12,191 bases of DNA from Paraspadella gotoi (taxonomy: Eukaryota; Animalia; Chaetognatha), in NCBI GenBank assembly GCA_051294375.1, contig JBJCIZ010000714.1, positions 1 through 12,191 of the forward strand, given 5' to 3'. A model generated the notes under the pieces. That model was not told where the DNA came from, searched no databases, and worked only from the letters and a program-made list of their open reading frames with translations. Position numbers and translations under genes: made by a program. Below, piece by piece: positions 7,936-12,191 of the stretch (positions within the stretch are counted from its first letter, which is position 1; each line of letters starts with the position of its first letter).

Positions 7936-8022
7936 GGACGAACCGATGGATAGAATTACCGACGGACCGACCGACGAAAAGGATTTATAAATTTGTCTCG
8001 CGGCGCAACTAAAAAAAAAAAA
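7936..8022 (-). mobile_element. Possible terminus of a DINE-1/Helentron-associated (HINE)-like non-autonomous element
   Basis: Minus strand reads T12-AGTTGCGCCGCGAGACAAATTTATAA...GTCGGTCGGTCCGTCGGT: a T-run, a short GC-rich subterminal dyad, then a (GTCG/GTCC)n microsatellite, which is the known layout of such elements. No matching other end was found. Confidence 0.4.
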
Positions 8023-9505
8023 GGAGTGAAAAAGGAAAGGAGAAACTACATCAGCTCTTCGAACTCGAATTGAAAAGGCGGCCGACGATCAAACTTATCA
8101 ATAATGTAATGAGCCTTTCGTCACCCGAATGATTTTGATGTTGCCTCAATAATGTTTTTTTTTTTACCCCCTTTCCTTTTTTTTCATTTGTTCGGTTGAA
8201 AAATCTTATTACTGGCAATAATAGCTTTATTACTGCTGGCCCAATAAAAACTGAATTTAACTTTCCGGAGATTTTAGCGGAAAAAATCTTCCTTAGATTA
8301 CCATAAATTACAATATTTTCTGGTTTTTCTTGCGTAGTCCAGATGAGAGCAGGATTTTCTTCTTCTTTTTTTATTTTTCATTTCTTTCGCGGTTTTCGCG
8401 TCGCAAGTGACGAACGACGGGTTACATTGAATTTTGCTTCATTTAACTTTTTTATTATTAAGTATATATATATATAAAAAATTTAGAGCGACAAGATGAC
8501 ACAGGAAAATAGTACGTAACATTATCAAACAGAATAAACTTAATTACCAATCTTGCTTTTTACTTCAATTCGCAGAAAATCAGCGTTTGCCATTCTCTGC
8601 AACTTTACATTCCTTTTGGTTTTTCTTCAATGTAAGCGAATCTGGGATATGGCGTTTTAGTTTTTTGAATCTAGACAGATGAGCGTGTGGTGAGTGGAGA
8701 GTTAAAAGCCAAAAAAACAAACTATATTAAGGGCCAACAATTATTAAAAGGAAAACAAAGGCAACCAAGAAATACCAAAATTAACGGACTATAATAATTC
8801 TGACACTAAAAAACACAGTCAGTCCTAATTGCATTACTTTTTGAAATTTCATTATATTTTTATCTTTTCAGGGGCCTCGCGTGTCGAAGGGCGAGGTAAT
8901 TCGTTGTGGTGTATACTAATAAAATTAATTTATTTCGTATCCCAAACAATAATATAAACTATTATCTATAAGATTTATGTTTTATTAAATAATTACAAAT
9001 AGTTATAAATTTGGTAAGTAAAAAAAACTAAAATAGTAGTCTTGTTTCTAAAAGCTTCTCACATTATATCTAAAATGAAACAAAAGACGCCAACAGATAA
9101 CGTCGGAATCGAAAACCCGACAAGCTGCGTTTGTGACAACACCATCCCCGATTGAGGCGACCTGCACTATTAAACAGTTTTATACTGCTTTTGACATTAA
9201 CGAATTATAATTTACTTTATTACTTTTAATTTTAAATGGATTTTCCTTCTTTAAAGTTTTGTATGGCTTTATAAAAAAGACCTTGTTTTGATATTTTTAA
9301 AGCATTCGTAAATTACAATCTAACCATTGCCTTCAGGTACAGCGAGACTTCGGGAGAGCACCGGCCACGACGGCTCCATCCGGGTTCTTACGAGACGATT
9401 TTATGTTATAGTATTAATGAATAATTCCCTATTTCAAAAAAACCATTTAATTTGGCCCGTAAAGGATTCTTCAAATGACAAGAGTAACCGTCATTGAAAT
9501 CTTTA

Positions 9506-9569
9506 TTATCTCAGGCGCTTATGTTTGTCGATTTTGAGCGGCGGTGGAGGCGGGAGCTGCCGGTGTCCC
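9506..9569 (-). CDS. Candidate terminal exon, GHRQLPPPPPLKIDKHKRLR*
   Basis: GC-rich block after the minus-strand acceptor ttgttcatgcag; open to TAA at 9508-9506, which overlaps AATAAA (9507-9502). No convincing upstream exon or homology. Confidence 0.3.
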
Positions 9570-10019
9570 CTGCATGAACAATACAACGCCTTTGCTCTTG
9601 GTTTAAATTATTCATAATATTTCATATAGTATTAATTACGAAATTTTGGTTACAACCAAATATCCTCTAAAGTGAGCGCGACGAGGTAGTGTCCGCCGAA
9701 ACCTTTCTGATGCATAACCTTCGGTCAACATATTTCAGCATGAATTAAAATCCGTCATTGCCTTGCTTTCCGTAACTTTCTGACCCGTTAGCTTCTTCCG
9801 GTTGTTTAATTTGGCGTTCAGAGTAAATTGAAGCTGTTGAAGAATTTTAGGTCTTTCATGCCCGTGGAGACGAACGTGTTTGAGGCTTTCACCGGTGAAG
9901 TGTCTAAACGCTGTGCTAACCGTTTTGCTAACCGAAGTGCTTCTAACTGGCCTTACGGCTAACTTGGCTAACCGTTTTACTAACAATAATCGCCCTCAGA
10001 TATTGATGCGGAACGTTTT

Positions 10020-10140
10020 GAGAGAGAGAGAGAAAAAAAAGATGGAGAGGAGAGAGCAGAGACGAGATGAAGAGAAGCATGACGCAGCAGAGAGAGAGAT
10101 GATGACAGAGTGAGAGTCGAGAGAGAGAGATGAGGCGAGG
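10020..10140. repeat. Degenerate (AG)n / purine-rich low-complexity tract
   Basis: Repeated GAGAGA runs with interruptions; accounts for the E/R-rich and L/S-rich ORFs at 9880-10167. Confidence 0.85.
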
Positions 10141-10145
10141 CCTTA

Positions 10146-11234
10146 ATGAAATTGGTTCAACCCCCAATATAAAAAATTATCCATTCATTTAATAAATAAG
10201 CTATCTTGCCCCTGACTTGGACCAGGCTTTCGGTGGTTTTAAGCGCCTTCAGTCACTCTTACCCCAAGAATTTTTAAATTTTTTGGAAACCACTCTACCC
10301 CATTAACAAGGGGCGCCCCCCAAAAGGGTGTTTTTTTTCCCCCTTGCAGCTTTCAATTCAAGACTCTTTCACAGGTTCTCGTTTATTCATACTTCCCAGC
10401 AGAGTACCTGGCTATCCCTATCAATGTATAGTGGAAAATGAATTCAAAGAATGTTTCATCACTTGTCATTGAAAAAGACCCACTCCCTTTTAAGTATCTA
10501 GATTCGGGCGAATACTTATTGTACTCCGCACTAGCCATCAAAATACAAGGAGCTTGAACTTTATTGAAATTGGTACAAACCAATATAACAAAATTATCAC
10601 TTCATTTGAATAAATAAGTGATCTTGCCACCTGACTGTTGGACAAGGCTTTGGTTGGTTTAAGGGCCGTCCATCACTCTTACATCGCGATAATGACATAG
10701 CAGGCTCCCTGCAAGGGCTTTCAATCAAGACTCTCCACCAGTCTCCGTTTATTCACTTCCCAGAAGTAACTGGTCGCTTCCGCTAATCAGATCGAAGTGG
10801 AAAATATTTCAAAGAATGTTCAAATTTTTATGAAAAAGACCACTCCCTTTAAGTAATTATGATCGAGGGAATACTTATTGTTACTGCCGCACTAAGCGTC
10901 AAAAATACAAGGAGCTGAACTTATGAAATTGTCACATATATATAAATATATACTCTAATTTAATAAACTAAGCTATCTTGCCCCTGACTGTTGGACAGGC
11001 TTTTGGTTATGTGATAGGATTATAAGGCTGTCACATCCAGTCACTTCTTACAAGCTAATGACCATAGCAGCCGGTCCTGCAAAGCTTTCAATCAAGACTC
11101 CCTTTCACAGTCTCGTTTACTTCACTCCCAGAGTTACCTTGGCTTCCCTTATCAATGAAGTGGAAAGTATTTCCTCTAGAGGCGTTTCGCAGCCCAGATC
11201 ACTAAAACTATCTTGCCCCCGACTTGTGGACAGC
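10146..11234 (+). repeat. Tandem array of a ~330-360-bp satellite-like unit (2 full copies, 1 partial, 1 short fragment)
   Basis: TGAAATTG starts recur at about 10146, 10564 and 10923; CACTCCCTTTAAGTA..AATACTTATTGT..AAATACAAGGAGCTGAACTT closes copies 1 and 2; copy 3 stops near 11172; a fragment CTATCTTGCCCCCGACTTGTGGACAG follows at about 11208-11233. Confidence 0.95.
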
Positions 11235-11329
11235 GAGTATATGTAACTATTCCGAACTAACAAAAGCCCACGAATATATTATATATTTTATATTTTATTG
11301 TTATACATGCGCGCGTGCCCCGAAAGGGT

Positions 11330-11826
11330 GTTTGGATGTCCGCGGTTTTCGGCGGCGGTTTCGGCGGCGGTGCGGCGGGAGAGAGGCTTCGGCGGCTTGA
11401 ACCCGTCTGTGCGAGACGACGGACTGCAGGCCGACCGCGCCCCGAAGGAAATCGGCCTCCCAGTTCGCCGCCCGATCTAGCCTTCAACGGTCCCGAGCAG
11501 CCCGTTCGGCGAAGAAGACGAGACGAGAAGACATATAATGAGCCATACCGAATCAGCCGATTTTCGAATTAAGGAGCTTGCTGTTTGGTATAAATACTGT
11601 AAGTTTAAACCGGCTTAAAATCGTATCAGAACTGCAGCGTCCGCAGCAGCTCCCTTAACAAACGCGGCAATGTCGGCCAGCCGATGCACGTCGTCCAAGT
11701 CGCGCAACGAGAGAAACTACAAGATAAGAGATACAAGCCGATGGCCGCCCAATCGAGGCGTCGGAGGAGGCGGAGGGGCGCTACGGCGACGGGCGGCTAT
11801 CTCGAGCACAAGAAGGCTCCGACCAG
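11330..11826 (+). other. GC-rich, probably exonic but frameshifted segments encoding Gly-rich peptide fragments
   Basis: CpG-rich composition like the other exons; fragments FGGGFGGG, PSSPFGEEDE and RGVGGGGG(G)YGDG lie in different frames; donor-like GTAAGT at 11599. No family recognised. Confidence 0.3.
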
Positions 11827-12191
11827 GATAATGTAGCATCTTCTTTTTACAGGTGCGATTTTTATTTGCGAGTGTGTGTGTTGGTTAACATTACAACTTA
11901 ACTACGCATTGACGGTTACTCCTTTAGGCAATGTGTCTTCAGGAACAACAATCCCTATGCGGCACGGGCCTTACCAGCGGCCTATGAGGGCTGCCCAGGC
12001 CAAGACCGAGTAGAGGGTGCTTGAGAAGGTTTATTGGAAGATGGTCCCAGTGATGGGGGCGCTGAGGGCGGGCCTGAGGGGGGTACCTGAGGGGCGATCC
12101 GTAGGCAAGAAGCTACTTTTAAATGTGTATCGTGAGAGAATCAATGACCGCGTACGAAAAAGGAAGAAATGTACTTTTACTTATGTCATAT

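Noticed and set aside
8872-9580. Collagen-like Gly-X-Y micro-exons (GPRVSKGE, GAAGVP)
   Set aside because: Gly periodicity breaks within 2-3 triplets and exon lengths do not fit the 9-nt multiples expected.
10146-11234. Satellite unit as hammerhead/twister ribozyme, tRNA-SINE, 5S rRNA or spliced-leader repeat
   Set aside because: No CTGANGA..GAAA core; the CCGGTCCTGCAAAGC resemblance to twister occurs in one noisy copy without the pairing arm; no A/B box pair, 5S or SL/Sm-site signature recognisable by eye.

Overview
Eukaryotic, probably invertebrate animal genomic DNA (AT-rich introns/intergenic DNA, CpG-rich exons, GT-AG introns); no prokaryotic features, RNA genes or CRISPR seen. Main content: (1) positions 1-3071 (+) hold the last seven exons of a PTPN14/PTPN21 (Pez)-family protein tyrosine phosphatase, covering the catalytic domain and the diagnostic C-terminus ...SRLI*. 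The ORF track misses it because the exons are full of small insertions. (2) A probable minus-strand gene ending at 4447 encodes a single-pass membrane protein (Pro/Thr/Lys stalk, TM helix, Cys cluster, polybasic tail). (3) A clean, intronless class II phosphatidylinositol transfer protein, PITPNC1/RdgB-beta, lies at 6397-7281 (+). (4) Repeats: ~85-bp and ~17-bp minisatellites in PTP introns, a ~330-360-bp satellite-like unit present both as a solo partial copy (5478) and a tandem array (10146-11234), microsatellites, and a possible DINE-1/Helentron-like terminus. Sequence quality looks patchy: parts resemble unpolished, insertion-dominated long-read sequence, while the PITPNC1 region is clean. 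I found no convincing new biological system. The best leads are the hidden PTP with unusual inserts and a WPE loop, and the satellite unit with a shared start point.
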